Origin: Octopus bimaculoides
Taxonomy: Eukaryota
Reading direction: 5' to 3'
Length of the DNA stretch: 64,000 bases
NCBI RefSeq assembly: GCF_001194135.2
Contig: NC_068984.1
Span: forward strand, 39,684,991-39,748,990
The translations under genes and the position numbers were made by a program. Shown here in pieces: positions 25,147 to 37,943 of this stretch. The notes beneath the pieces were generated by a model, which did no database searches, had not been told where the DNA came from, and saw nothing but the letters and a program-made list of their open reading frames with translations. Numbering within the stretch: the first letter of the stretch is position 1; each line of letters starts with the position of its first letter.

Positions 25147-27659
25147 GGCATTCTTCAGACAGGTATAATTTTAACTTCTCTTTCATGTTCACCCTTTCTT
25201 TATCATTTTGAACAACGTACAACACTACATCAATGGTATCACTTTTCATTACTTCATCCTATTTTTATTGCAGTGTCCAGATTTGACAAAACCATTTCCC
25301 CACCAAAATTTAATATAAAGTGATAACAAAACAAAAAGAAAATCATCTAGTTTCATCCACCTTGATTAGGCATCCTAGAATTAATTGGATGCAGTCATTT
25401 TGATTTTGTGTTGGCTGTGTATTACAGGTAGATTTTTGTTTAACCCTTTACTAACAAGTGGTAGTAGTGGTAAATTGTTACATAACTCCATTATTTTATT
25501 ATGGTACCATTGAAGACTTGGTGTTATGGTACTGTTTCTAGAAAGGAATACACTAGAGGCCATTGCAAATAATGAAAAATTTGTCAGTTTTAGAATGCTT
25601 CTGCTGCTTACAGTAATGAACTAGATCACTACTGTACCTACTTACAGATGAACTTAGAGTCGAGAAATATGTCTTAGACACAGATGCAATGGTATAAACT
25701 ACTAAGTCCCTTGCTGGTTTTCTAATAACCTATTGACTCCGTGCTCTCCTTTTTGGTTGAATGATACCTTATTTTCATCAACCTTTTTAACGCTTTGCTT
25801 TCTACTGCATTTAATTGTATTAAGAATAAAAATCTCATTCCTATAAACCAAAAAATTTGTGAGGAACTGACATTGTTCATAAAAATGACTTCATCCTCAT
25901 TTTCACATTGAAGAGATTTTATGAGAAAAATTATTAAAATCTTTGGTTTCCATGCTAACATTTTCATTAATATTTTTATTACCTTCTAAAGTTGGCTTTT
26001 TAAAATAAAATACATAAATATAAAAAAAAAATTAAATAAAAATGCAGAGAGAGAATTACTACATTGTCTGATTTATAAATAAACTTTTTTTCTAATCTAT
26101 CAAAATACCATAATTTTATTAATCAAAATTTACGATGGGCTATCTGAAGCTGAAATAGGTTTCCTAATTTGATATTTGATTCAATGTTGATGTCATATGA
26201 TATTTTACTCGAAGCACTCACTCTGTTGCTGTTGCTTTCGCACTTTGCTAACGTCATCACATCATATACCTGATATTCTCTCTTTCTCACTCACTTCTTT
26301 CACATAGACACTTCTTTCTATCTCCAATTCATACATATACTTATCGATTAATTTGCTTATTTCTAACTACAATTAATATATCATCTGAAATATTTTTATT
26401 TTCCTTTTTTTTTTTATAAAATTTCATAGAATTTTCGTTTTCTGCACACAGCATTTAGAATGACCTCATAGTTAAAAGGAATTGCTATAATTTTAAATAT
26501 ATATTTTGTATTTGATTTTCATCATTACATCAATATTTTTATCACCACCTCGAGTTTTGTTTAATGAATGGTACAAATTCAAATATTCCAAACATATGGG
26601 AAATATTTTTAATTGAACTTTAGATCTATTATTTTTGTTCCTTCTTATATTTTATCCTAGAAATCCTTAGAGACCTTAAAATTTTCGATTCTCAGAGGAA
26701 TATTCTCGCTTCTGTGATATGAATTATAATCTTTCTGGCTTATGTTGGTGTAAAAGTGGGAATTGCTTTCCTAATGAAAATTAAATATTAATGGGTAATT
26801 ACAATTCCAAATATATATATATATCAGAAATAAATTATAATAATTTTGCAATTTTATTATATTTTTAATCTATACTGTATGTCAGCAAACTTCTCAGTTA
26901 AATGTGTGATCCTAAAATTTTGGAATTCGTTTCATTTGTAGATTTTTCCCTTTTAAGTAATTTTCTTTCAGTTTTATAAGATTTCTACCACATAATGTTT
27001 ATATCTGTATTCATATATATATGTGAGGGTTAAGAATTGTTATTCATTCTTTGTAGGAAAATATTGCTAGTTGTTGCTATGCACCTAGATGCGTAGACGA
27101 GATGTTTATATTATTTAGTCAAACCAACTTTATTTTTTACCAATCAAATAAAATTGTTTTTAGACGTTGAAAAACAAACAACTCTTTCTACTACACACAA
27201 CAGCAAAGAAATTCAATTAATGCAAAATACGGAATGTTTTTGTTGTTATTTAGCCCCAAGTCTTCTCTGATTGAGCAGATATACTAAGACAATCCAGTTG
27301 TGGCCGCCTCATATTTTCATATATATCAATGACTATACTGTGTAATGAATCTTTTCCCTTTTTAAGATGGAAGGATGTGATTTGAGGAAGATTTTATTAC
27401 TATTTCTAGCAGATCGAACGACCACGTAGAGGTTCCATCGTTAGTTGTCGGTGAATGCCACAATCGATTTCTGCGAGAAAGACATATCCGTGTTGCTTCC
27501 CTTTTCTTTCTAGTTTTTCCATAACGAAGGATGGCTGCCGATCATGCGGAGCACGACTCCGAAGCGTCCACCAATTAGACGGCTTAGTATATGCTTCGTG
27601 TTTCCTTTCCTTGCCATATTTCATATTTTTTAAACCGCTCTGTACAGCGCTTTAGTCAA

Positions 27660-27669
27660 ATGATGGCTG
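27660..27669 (+). CDS. Coding tip of candidate first exon 1a (M-M-A, phase 1)
   Basis: ATG ATG GCT G|gtatgc; in frame with the exon at 61462. Confidence 0.4.
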
Positions 27670-28158
27670 GTATGCAGCTCGTACATTGTTTTTGTTTGGC
27701 AAGGAAACGTTTTTCCGAATATTACATATCAGCGTGAACAAAAAAAACTAGCAAGAAGGGGAAAAGATAAAAAAAAAAGGAAAAAAAAGCAGAAGAAAAG
27801 AGATAAGTTAAGTTTGTTGCTGCTGCTGAAATTCTATTTCTATGGCGACATCTAGAATCATAACTGTTGGAAATTTGCTCTACTGAGAATGTTATCGGCT
27901 CAAACAGCTAGCGACGACGTCGTTACAACATCTAAATCTGAATCGGTTGCATATGTTTTTATTGTTGCCCTTCTCGGTCAATACTCGGCTGTTTCTCGCC
28001 CGCAGAGATCCATACACTGCTCTATCCGCGCTCGCTTTATCTCAATGCTGTTGCCCTTTCTATGGATTTTACTTATGGACACTTTTCTCTAGCAGCTCTG
28101 TCGTTTGAGAGATTAATGTTTACAACATCAATCACTTATCTAGCGTATTTGGTCATTC

Positions 28159-28168
28159 ATGAAAGCAG
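28159..28168 (+). CDS. Coding tip of candidate first exon 1b (M-K-A, phase 1)
   Basis: ATG AAA GCA G|gtaggt; in frame with the exon at 61462. Confidence 0.45.
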
Positions 28169-28855
28169 GTAGGTAGGCTATTCAGTTCCTGTTTCTTTCA
28201 TAATTGTCTATTCATATTCATTGTTAAAACTGTTATTTGATTTGTAAACCGTTTTTCTTTCTTTCTCTCTCCAATGTTTATTTTGAGATCGTGATAAACC
28301 TTTCAACTAATTTTCTTCTTTTAATCCAAAAACAACGTAAACTACACTGCATTAAACATTGTTTATAGTTCTGTATGTTATCTAGCATCAGAAGGAAAAA
28401 AATGTTAAGTTTCACTACTCTATCGTTTAATTAATTTCAATCCTAAATCAAAAATCGTTTGTTTTCTTCCTCAAACAACTTCGATCAATAACTTCCATTA
28501 CCTGTTGGTTCTTTCAACCACTGATTGTCAACTAAATTTTCAAAATTCAATCGATTCGCGTTATATCTGATTTTATTTAAATCATATTTTAAATTGATTT
28601 TATTGTTCACATCCCTCTGCTTTCTACTTTTATTTCATGAAGAATTATCACACCTGATAGTTCCTCCTGTTAAAAAAAAATGTATTTAGTATTGGAGAGG
28701 AAAATACTATTCATAAAGCAGCAGTATTAGTTGATGTCATCTGAGTCGATTATAAGAATGGGAGGATACGTAGTTATATGTTATGGGTAGGAATATTTTA
28801 GAAGCGAACAGTTTTATTGGTTTCTCTCTAGCTTTGGTTTAAATTGGCATATTTG

Positions 28856-28974
28856 TATACCTTTAAACTAGAGTTTATACCTTTAAACTAGAGTTTATAC
28901 CTTTAAACTAGAGTAGTGATCTGTATACCTTTAAACTAGTAGGGGTTTGTATACCTTTAAACTAGAGTAGGGGT
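28856..28974. repeat. Minisatellite, five copies of tatacctttaaactag
   Basis: Copies at 28856, 28876, 28896, 28924 and 28950. Confidence 0.9.
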
Positions 28975-29911
28975 TCTGAATTTTGAATGTGAATGTTTGT
29001 CATCAGCTGGTGTTGAAAATGGAGGAATTGCTGCGCATGGCACCAGCTCAACCGGTAATTGCCTTGAAAATGTTAAGTTATTCGCTTATCTAAACCAATG
29101 AGAGACAAATATTGTATGATGAGATTTTCCTGCGAGCTGCTAAATATTATATGAAACAAGCTTTCGTAATGTCAGCTATGATTTATAAACGAATTGTTTA
29201 TTGTAACAAACTGCTGTTAACTATTTTTTTTTTTTTATGTACATGAAACTCATATATGTAATAGATATATACATCTATACATCAATATATTTAACAATAA
29301 AATTTCATTACGTTTTAAGCACAAACATTCAATGTATGTATGTGTTTTGTTTATAAACGTGTGTTTATAGTCGTCTACATATTGCATGAATACATCTATA
29401 TTGATATATCTGAATATAGACATACGTGTGATAACATCTTATATATACAGCTATATTATATTTCCATGTACATTGTGTGTGTTTGTGTGTGTGTGTGTGT
29501 GTGCAGGTATACACTCCTAAGTCGCCATGTTGCAATATGAACAGTAGTTTTAGTTAATAATCAACGATGTAATTGCTAATTCACCGTGACAGTTTGACCA
29601 TACAAGGTTTAATTATTGCTATAAGAGGCACATCTCGCTACATATTTGTCCTTCAACGTTCACAAGACTGATACAAAAGCAAACGATACTCAACATCTTT
29701 ATTTGCTTAAAAAAAACCTTGAAAATAAAACAGCGTTTTTTTTTTTATTGTTGTTGTAAAAAAAAAACTTTCACGCATTCTAATTACGGAAGCCTGTTTT
29801 GGTAAAAATTAGCTTCGTTTAACACGAGGAAATATTGACCGAATTTTTAAAAATTGTTTTTCGCAACCTTGATAAATTGAATAGGCAGGATACGTGTTTC
29901 TAAACAACGAG

Positions 29912-29956
<45 letters not shown>

Positions 29957-31062
29957 TATATATGTGTGTGTGTGTGTGTGTGTTTGTGTGCGCGCGCGGT
30001 GTATGTGTGGATTTATATTTATATTTGCACACAACAAATGTGTGCATATGTATATATATATATGTATTTGCTTTACACACACATATATTTACTTACACTC
30101 GCACATCAGCACTTCCTATAACCGTGAAAGAAGCACACTAAATCATTAGAGCAATATATATATATATAGAGAGAGAGAGATAGTTTTAGTTCCGAAATTG
30201 AATATCCGGTAGGCATCGAACATATTACCCCTTGTTGATGCCGTGCAAATCTATTTAGGCTATCGATATTTCCAACTAGTTAAATTAGAGTTAACCAAGC
30301 ATTTCATTTAGCTTGCAATTTAAGTTGGAATGAAGTTAACAAGTTTTGCGAGTTGGAAGAAATTAACTGTTGCTCTCTTTTAAATACTGTGTTGTTTTCT
30401 GTTGAGAACCCTGAAATCGATTTCCCTTTATTACGCGTTTTACCTCATTAATGCCTTTGGGAAAACCATCCTCGTGATATAACACCACATTGTCCCCCTA
30501 TAAATTGGAAGTTTTGTCTATCAGTGTAAAAAAAAATCTGCTCTTAAAAATCCTGTGCCGTATTTGTTCCGGCCATTTTAATTTCTTAGTTCGAATCCAG
30601 GCGAAATCATCCTTTCAATGGTCTGCGAGTCAAGCAGAGGGTGATGGCGTCAACTAAAGCCCTCACTTTCAGGGTCGCTCGCCTTGAGCCTAAATGACGA
30701 AACCCCCTCTATTGTTTGTAGAAGCTAATACATCTTGAATCCTTGCTCCGAGTTTCAGGTTGCTGAATAGACATACTCATATAACCCAATAAATGAGTAC
30801 ATCTTCATATATATTTAGAGTAACCAACAATGAAAGGCAGAGAGCTAAGAATTGTGCAGGGATATACAGAAAAAATATTTTATGGGGTTCAAATTGTGTG
30901 AGAGTGGAAAAACAGCCAACAACTGATGAAGGGTCATTCTTTATGTTTGTCTTGTTTTCTATTTGTAAGTTTCGTTGTTCGAAAAAAATAGTTCATATTC
31001 CATATACTCGTACTTCGTATTTTTTTGTTGTACACAGTGACGTCCTGTGCCCACATGCATAC

Positions 31063-31096
<34 letters not shown>

Positions 31097-31439
31097 NNNN
31101 NNNNNNGTGTGGAGGAGTATGTGTGCGTATGTATGTATACACACATACATTTAACCTTTCTCTCACCCTCCTACACTCCTCGTTTATCAACCGATCCCCA
31201 TGCATCATTTCTCTCTTTCTCATCTACTTCTAGTTTTATTTTTTCTGCGGTTCTCCACCTTTTCAGTAGTACCACTTACCACATCCTTTCTCTTGAGACA
31301 CTTCCCTTTTGTGCCATTCCTCTCCCATCCTCCACCTCATCCCAATCTCGTTAACTATCGACCACACCTCCATTCTTCCTCACAATTCATTACACACACC
31401 TCTATGTATGTATGTATACACATATATTAGTATGTATAC

Positions 31440-31655
31440 TTGGGGGTGCTGAAAAGTTCCTGACTTTCGGTAAAAGAAAATACAGGAGGATCAGTTAATT
31501 GTGATTTTATTCAATATATTAACCTCTCAGATTCACACACTTATTGCAGCGGTCCCTCAGTTTTTCTAATCCCTGTAAAGAGAACTCAGAAGGTTGGGCC
31601 TCCAACCAGGCCTTTCACAAAATACTTAAAGCCAGAAAATTATCAGTCCCCACTC
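31440..31655. mobile_element. Mariner-derived MITE
   Basis: Imperfect inverted ends ggggtgctgaaaagttcctgactt / aagccagaaaattatcagtcccc. Confidence 0.65.
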
Positions 31656-31714
31656 ATACTTACAAATACACACACGCGCACGCATACACACACACATTAC
31701 AACATTATGACTGG

Positions 31715-32962
31715 GTGTTGAGGCAGTTACTCAACAACTCAAATGTGGACGTAATATTCCTTGATTTTGCAGAAGCTTTTGACAAAGTGGATCATAGTGT
31801 GATATGCCACAAACTGCGTGATCTTGGCATAGCTGGAAAACTTGGAGAGTGGTTACATGACTTTCTGGAAGATAGAAGTCAGGCAGTAGTGGCTAATGAA
31901 AACACAAATAGTGAGTGGTGTTCCACAGGGCACTGTCTTGGNNNNNNNNNNNNNNNNNNNNNNNNNNNNNNNNNNNNNNNNNNNNNNNNNNNNNNNNNNN
32001 NNNNNNNNNNNNNNNNNNNNNNNNNNNNNNNNNNNNNNNNNNNNNNNNNNNNNNNNNNNNNNNNNNNNNNNNNNNNNNNNNNNNNNNNNNNNNNNNNNNN
32101 NNNNNNNNNNNNNNNNNNNNNNNNNNNNNNNNNNNNNNNNNNNNNNNNNNNNNNNNNNNNNNNNNNNNNNNNNNNNNNNNNNNNNNNNNNNNNNNNNNNN
32201 NNNNNNNNNNNNNNNNNNNNNNNNNNNNNNNNNNNNNNNNNNNNNNNNNNNNNNNNNNNNNNNNNNNNNNNNNNNNNNNNNNNNNNNNNNNNNNNNNNNN
32301 NNNNNNNNNNNNNNNNNNNNNNNNNNNNNNNNNNNNNNNNNNNNNNNNNNNNNNNNNNNNNNNNNNNNNNNNNNNNNNNNNNNNNNNNNNNNNNNNNNNN
32401 NNNNNNNNNNNNNNNNNNNNNNNNNNNNNNNNNNNNNNNNNNNNNNNNNNNNNNNNGAAGATTGTCTCTTTACAACTCCTCAGCTACTGGGAAAGGCTGA
32501 AACAGCTAAGACTCCACTCCCTGGAGAGAAGGCGGGAAAGGTATGTAGTAATATACATCTGGAAGGAATTGTGCCAAATTTTGGCATTGAAAGCTAGACC
32601 AATGCCAGAACGGGATTACACTGCATAGTGCCAAAGATCCCAGCAATGCCATCATGCTTCAGGACCAGTTACTGCAACAGTTTGGGTTTCAGGGGCCCAC
32701 AGCTTTTTAATACCCTCCCAAAGAGCCTGAGAAACCTGCACAAAGTAGATGTAGGGATTTTTAAATCAAAGCTGAATCTCTTCCTGTCGAGAGTCCCTGA
32801 TGAACCTACCTCAGGGCAAGAGGTGCAAATGAGGATAGCTACATCAAACTCCATTCTTCACCAAGTGCCACATATTGGAGGAGGCTTTCAGTAATAACAA
32901 TGTAGCAAAACTGCGGTGCATCAGAATGGCCGCAGCTCTGAGCTGAAACGATAAACAAAATA
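31715..32962 (+). mobile_element. CR1-like LINE, 5' truncated (RT region, gap, 3' end and tail)
   Basis: DVIFLDFAEAFDKVDH...WLHDFL, SGVPQGTVL, gap 31942-32456, YWERLKQLRLHSLERRRERY, GPQLFNTLP...FKSKL..FL..VPDEP, stop at 32894. Confidence 0.93.
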
Positions 32963-33529
32963 ATAGCTGATCGGTTGCTAAGAACCGTGTCTACAGTGAA
33001 CAGTGATGATTTTTGCTCTGGTAACTACTGCTGTCTGCCATGTTCACGACCAGCTATATGTGGGTATGAGTAGAGCAACGGATTCAGTAAATATGCAAAT
33101 TAGTTGTGGATAAAGGGAGCAGTAAAAGGAGGAAATTTAAGAAATCTGTTATCTCTGTTGCTCTCTGTCTTTGCACCATCACTAGAAGGGGACTGAACTC
33201 ATGTTTGCAAATAATGGCGACTTCAAACTTGTTAAAATTTATGGTTTAAAATTATTTTAAATGCAAAAATTCACGTATTAGGAAGCAACAAAAAAAACAA
33301 AAGACAAATAACCGAATCCGGGCATTTTCGACCATGAAGAATCCATTGGTGCGACTCCCAGATAGCTATCTTGTAAGGTGTNNNNNNNNNNNNNNNNNNN
33401 NNNNNNNNNNNNNNNNNNNNNNNNNNNNNNNNNNNNNNNNNNNNNNNNNNNNNNNNNNNNNNNNNNNNNNNNNNNNNNNNNGTGTGTGTGTGTGTGTGTG
33501 TATGCAGGTATGTGTGTGTGTATGTATAT

Positions 33530-33830
33530 GGTGAAGGCATGTGGCTTAGTGTTAGAATATTTGGCTTACAACCATGAGGTTATGTGGTCAATTCCTGATA
33601 GCATGTTATATCCTTGAGCAAGATGCTTTATTTCACATTGCTTCAGTCCACTCAGCTGGCAAAAGTGAGCAGTACCTGTCACATTCTGTGTCATGCTGAA
33701 TCTCCCTGAGAACAGTTTCAAAGGTTTGCATGTATGTGAAGTGCTCGGTCACTTCCACGTTAATTTCATGAGCAAGCTGTTCCATTGATTAGATCAACTG
33801 GAACACTCATCATAGTAACCAGATGAATGC
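33530..33830 (+). mobile_element. tRNA-derived SINE
   Basis: ggcatgtggcttagtgtt...ccttgagcaagatgc...cactcagctggcaaaa...gatcaactggaac. Confidence 0.75.
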
Positions 33831-33989
33831 CAGTTAGATGTATGTGTATATTATTATCATATATATANNNNNNNNNNNNNNNNNNNNNNNNNNNNNNNNN
33901 NNNNNNNNNNNNNNNNNNNNNNNNNNNNNNNNNNNNNNNNNNNNNNNNNNNNTATATATATATGCACACATGTATATGTAAATATAAAT

Positions 33990-34330
33990 ATAAAATATTA
34001 CAGGCAGTCAAGGACCCTGATAACATACTAAAACTTCAAAATGATCTAAATGAAGTATGCAAATGGGCTGATGAAAATAACGTGCAGTTCAATACTGAGA
34101 TGTTTCAAGTACTTAGCTATTGGCCCACCATTGACTACAGTCGGAATGCACAGGACCACCGGGTAGTCTAATCCCAAAGTCAGAGTCAGTACATGTCCTG
34201 GGAATCCACATGAGTAATGATGCAACATTTCATGTGCATATTACCTAGATGGCAACACTGTACAGGTGAGTAGGTGGATGGATTCTGAGATCATTCAGAA
34301 CCAGGATAAAGGATACCATGCTACCCCTAT
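33990..34330 (+). mobile_element. CR1-like LINE internal RT fragment
   Basis: KILQAVKDPDNILKLQNDLNEVCKWADENNVQFN...WILRSFRT. Confidence 0.85.
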
Positions 34331-36399
34331 GGAGTAGTAAGTTGGTGTGATTCCAGTAGTTAAAGAGAAATATGGGATGAAGTGTGGGTATTTTTTTTTT
34401 CTCTTGTAGCATGCAGTGTAGGATTTTAGATACTGTTTGTAACTAACCTTAACATTATCAGCATTAAAAATTCTGTAGTACATAGGAGTTTTGGAATTGC
34501 TGTCTAATTTACGGATAGGAAATGCTTAGCTACAGTTTTAATGACAGATTGTATGGAGGATTGAACCAGATTACCTTTCTCTTTGTAACTTGAAACAGGT
34601 TTGGGTGTAGAACAAACTCATTGAAAATACTCTTACTAGTGGCTCATTATAATAAGGTGCTGCTTTGCTGTACATCCTTTGGTTTATTAGATTCTTCAGT
34701 TGATGGAGTTTGTATGGATGTAAACAGTTTCCTCTTTATTTTCTGTATGTATTTGCCTGCCTTGAGATTTAGCATACCATCCAAAAAGTTAGCTTTAAAT
34801 TGGTGGTAACATTTAGGCCAAATTCTTTCCCTGGGCTTATTCAAAGTGTAGCCAGTCATATCACTTAAAATTCTCTGTACATGGTTGTACAGAGGTGTGT
34901 GTGTGTGTGTGTGTGTGTTTTTTAGGATATCCAGGATAAATAATCTGATGTGGTTAGTAACTTTGTTATAGCTCTGACATATTTTTCGGTGGATACATTT
35001 ATTAGTGAGTCCCCTTCCTTTCTTGCTCAGTTGGAGTCATCGTGGAATAGGAGCAACATCCTAGTACTCAGAATTATTCCAGTATCAAGTTTGCTGATTC
35101 TAGTGAATTATCTCCCAAAGTGATTGGTATTAGGAAAGGCATCCAGTCATAGAAACCATAACAAAAATGTTCAGATAAGAGCAGTAACTCCAAATAACAA
35201 CTAACCTGGACCATAGCAACCTGTCCGATCCATGCCAGCATGGAAAGTGAACATAAAATGATGATGATGATGATGATGATAATAATAATAAAGATGCTTA
35301 AATAGATATATATTGTATTATTATCTGCTGCACTTAATGTCTACTTTTCCATACTGACATGGATTGGTTAGTTTTTCTGAGGCAGTGTTTTACAGCCAGA
35401 TACTCTTTATGTCACCAACCCTTTTAGTCATCTTTTGATAAGTAGGGACACACTGCGTCTATTCTAAAACTGGAGTACAGTGTAAAATATGTATATTATA
35501 AATATGTTTTTGTGTTTGCATTAACACAGGGAGTTAGAAATGGTTTAGTTTGTCATGAACCTAGACTTATTTGTTTTTAAATGAATACATATGTATAATC
35601 TCTCAAAGAGTTACATACACACACACATACACAAACAAAATGTTAATAACTTTATTATTCACAAATATTATGCTACATGTGTAAAAAACATTACACACCT
35701 TTGAAGAACAACAATGGAATATCTAATTTCAGCAGTTTGTCTAATTTTTATGTTAACCCATTTTTCTTTTGAAATTCAAAAGAATTGTATTTTAATTTGT
35801 TCAGTTTCATTATGCAATCTTGTTTTTTTGTTTTTGACTTTTTAAACAACAAACTTCTTATCACATTGTCATTTTAATTTACTTATTGAAATATCACTGG
35901 AAGTAGTGATATATCTGCCCTCAGCATAATAAATTTGTGGATTTCTGAGAATTTAGTTTTTCACACATAGATATCAGAAAATTTCCTCTTTTACTTTGAC
36001 AAGGGCTAGACACTTCTCCATCAACCCACTGAGGTGTTAAAAACACTAAGCTAATAATTTTTTTATGTTTCAATCTTATTTTAAAGCTTTCCTTGTTATT
36101 CTACTGCATATCACCAGTTTAATTCCTTGGCTCTTTTGCTCTTTATAATTATCCTACTTCTTACTTTGTTGGAATCTTTTATCACACTTAAACTATCTTC
36201 TTTGAACTAGAAAGCTCTGAAGTTTTAGAGAATGGGAAAGAGAATTTTGTGAGGTTCATGTTTTTTTCCAAGCACAATAGCTGTGTAAGTGAATTGATAT
36301 TGCTTAAACTGGGAATTCCTTCTAAAATATAGATTTCCTTTAGCTACAATAGATAATAAAGTTAAAATTAATTGGGAAAAGATGTGTAGATACTTCACA

Positions 36400-36456
36400 T
36401 TTTATGTATATACAATTCTTTTATGTATATACAATTCTTTTATGTATATACAATTC
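36400..36456. repeat. Perfect 3 x 19-bp tandem repeat (ttttatgtatatacaattc)
   Basis: Direct inspection. Confidence 0.9.
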
Positions 36457-37905
36457 TGAAAATCTTTTTAAAATTATTCTACTTCTTATCAGTAGTTATT
36501 AATAATATTTTAAATATTGGAATATAACTGAGTAGCATAAATAACTGGAAAAAAATTACCATTTTTTTTCTTGGATATTTTTTCTGAAAGAAATCAGCTT
36601 TTATTTGTTTCATGGTTCGGATAATTTTTATGCCTATTTATCTTCATTGATGAAGGTGAAACATTACTACTAAAGATTTAATTAAAAAAATAAATAAACT
36701 TTCGTCATTAACATGCAACAGTTATAAGTTGTTATTCCTAAGCCATTTTTGAAACTGTCTTAAATGTTATTGTCAAGGATTCTGGTATCATATACCAGTT
36801 GTCTATTAGCAACAATGAACTACAACTTGAGATTTTTCACGCAACTCTGTGGACATAACCATAAATATTTTCCAAGTTATCTCATTCTTCCTATCGAGAT
36901 TTGCTATGAAAATGTTGTATCTTGAGTGTTTCTCTTGTTATGTTAACCATTCATTCATTTAGCTGCAAACTGCAAATAGTCTAATTTTAGATATACATAA
37001 AAGCTTTCCAGAGTGTTACTACATTATCCATCAGAGTTATCATTGTTATGTTTGATTAGCTAGCTATGATGGCATTCTATGCACAGAAAAAAAAATGTTA
37101 GTTTCTCATGATTTTCAAAGGCTAAAAGGAAAAGAGAAACGTAATTATTTTTGTAAAATAATTGTATTATTGAACAGAGCATTTTATACATGCAGGTAAA
37201 GAACTACAAGTCTTAAATATTTTAGCTGAAATTTAATATTATTATCAATTTATGATTGAATGGTTTACCAAACAAATACTGATTCTTATATATAACACAT
37301 TTCTGTCAATTATTCAATTAATGATAAAGATCTAATGATAAACATCTTGGTCTGAGAAGAATAAAAAGATATGTTAAAATATATAAATAAAACAAAGCAC
37401 ATTTTTGCCAATTATCTAATATTTTGTAAAGTAAAAGGACATTAAAATTTATATATAGTTTGCTTGTATTCGCTTATAATTATAGAATTTTATAAATTTT
37501 ATTGAAAGTTTCTGTCAAGAGTTTTGAACCAAAGTTTTTATTCCTGTATACTGTGAGTGAAAATACTTTATGTGTATCTTAGTATGTGTATATCTATATC
37601 TTCATATAAGTATGCATAATATACTTTAAACAGATTTACATGTATATGTATGTTCATTCGTTCATTCAATATACATGTGTTTTTTTTTTTCTTGCTTTCA
37701 TGGGTTGGCTAGATATGTTAATAGAGGTGTTGTTTTACAACCAGATCCCCACTTTCCTGATGCTAATATTTACCTGTTTTTCAAATAAGGGGTCACTCAC
37801 ACAACATAGTTTCGAAGGCAAAGTGTGTATGGGTTATTTGCTGACAGCAGAAACTGACAACTCTGTCCCATGCACTTTCCTACAGACGGTTGCACACAAA
37901 CATTT

Positions 37906-37943
<38 letters not shown>

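Larger units (their letters stand above)
27450..28168 (+). promoter_or_regulatory. Putative promoter / first-exon region
   Basis: CpG visibly denser than in the CpG-depleted flanks; CCAAT at 27571, YY1-like aggatggctgc at ~27529, palindrome acgacgtcgt at 27914-27923; donors at 27670 (GTATGC) and 28169 (GTAGGT). Confidence 0.6.

Noticed and set aside
25646-26004. Minus-strand ORF 25722-25967 with a GTAAGT donor at 25645
   Set aside because: No frame is open from an acceptor through to the donor; it fits equally well as a + strand 3' UTR.
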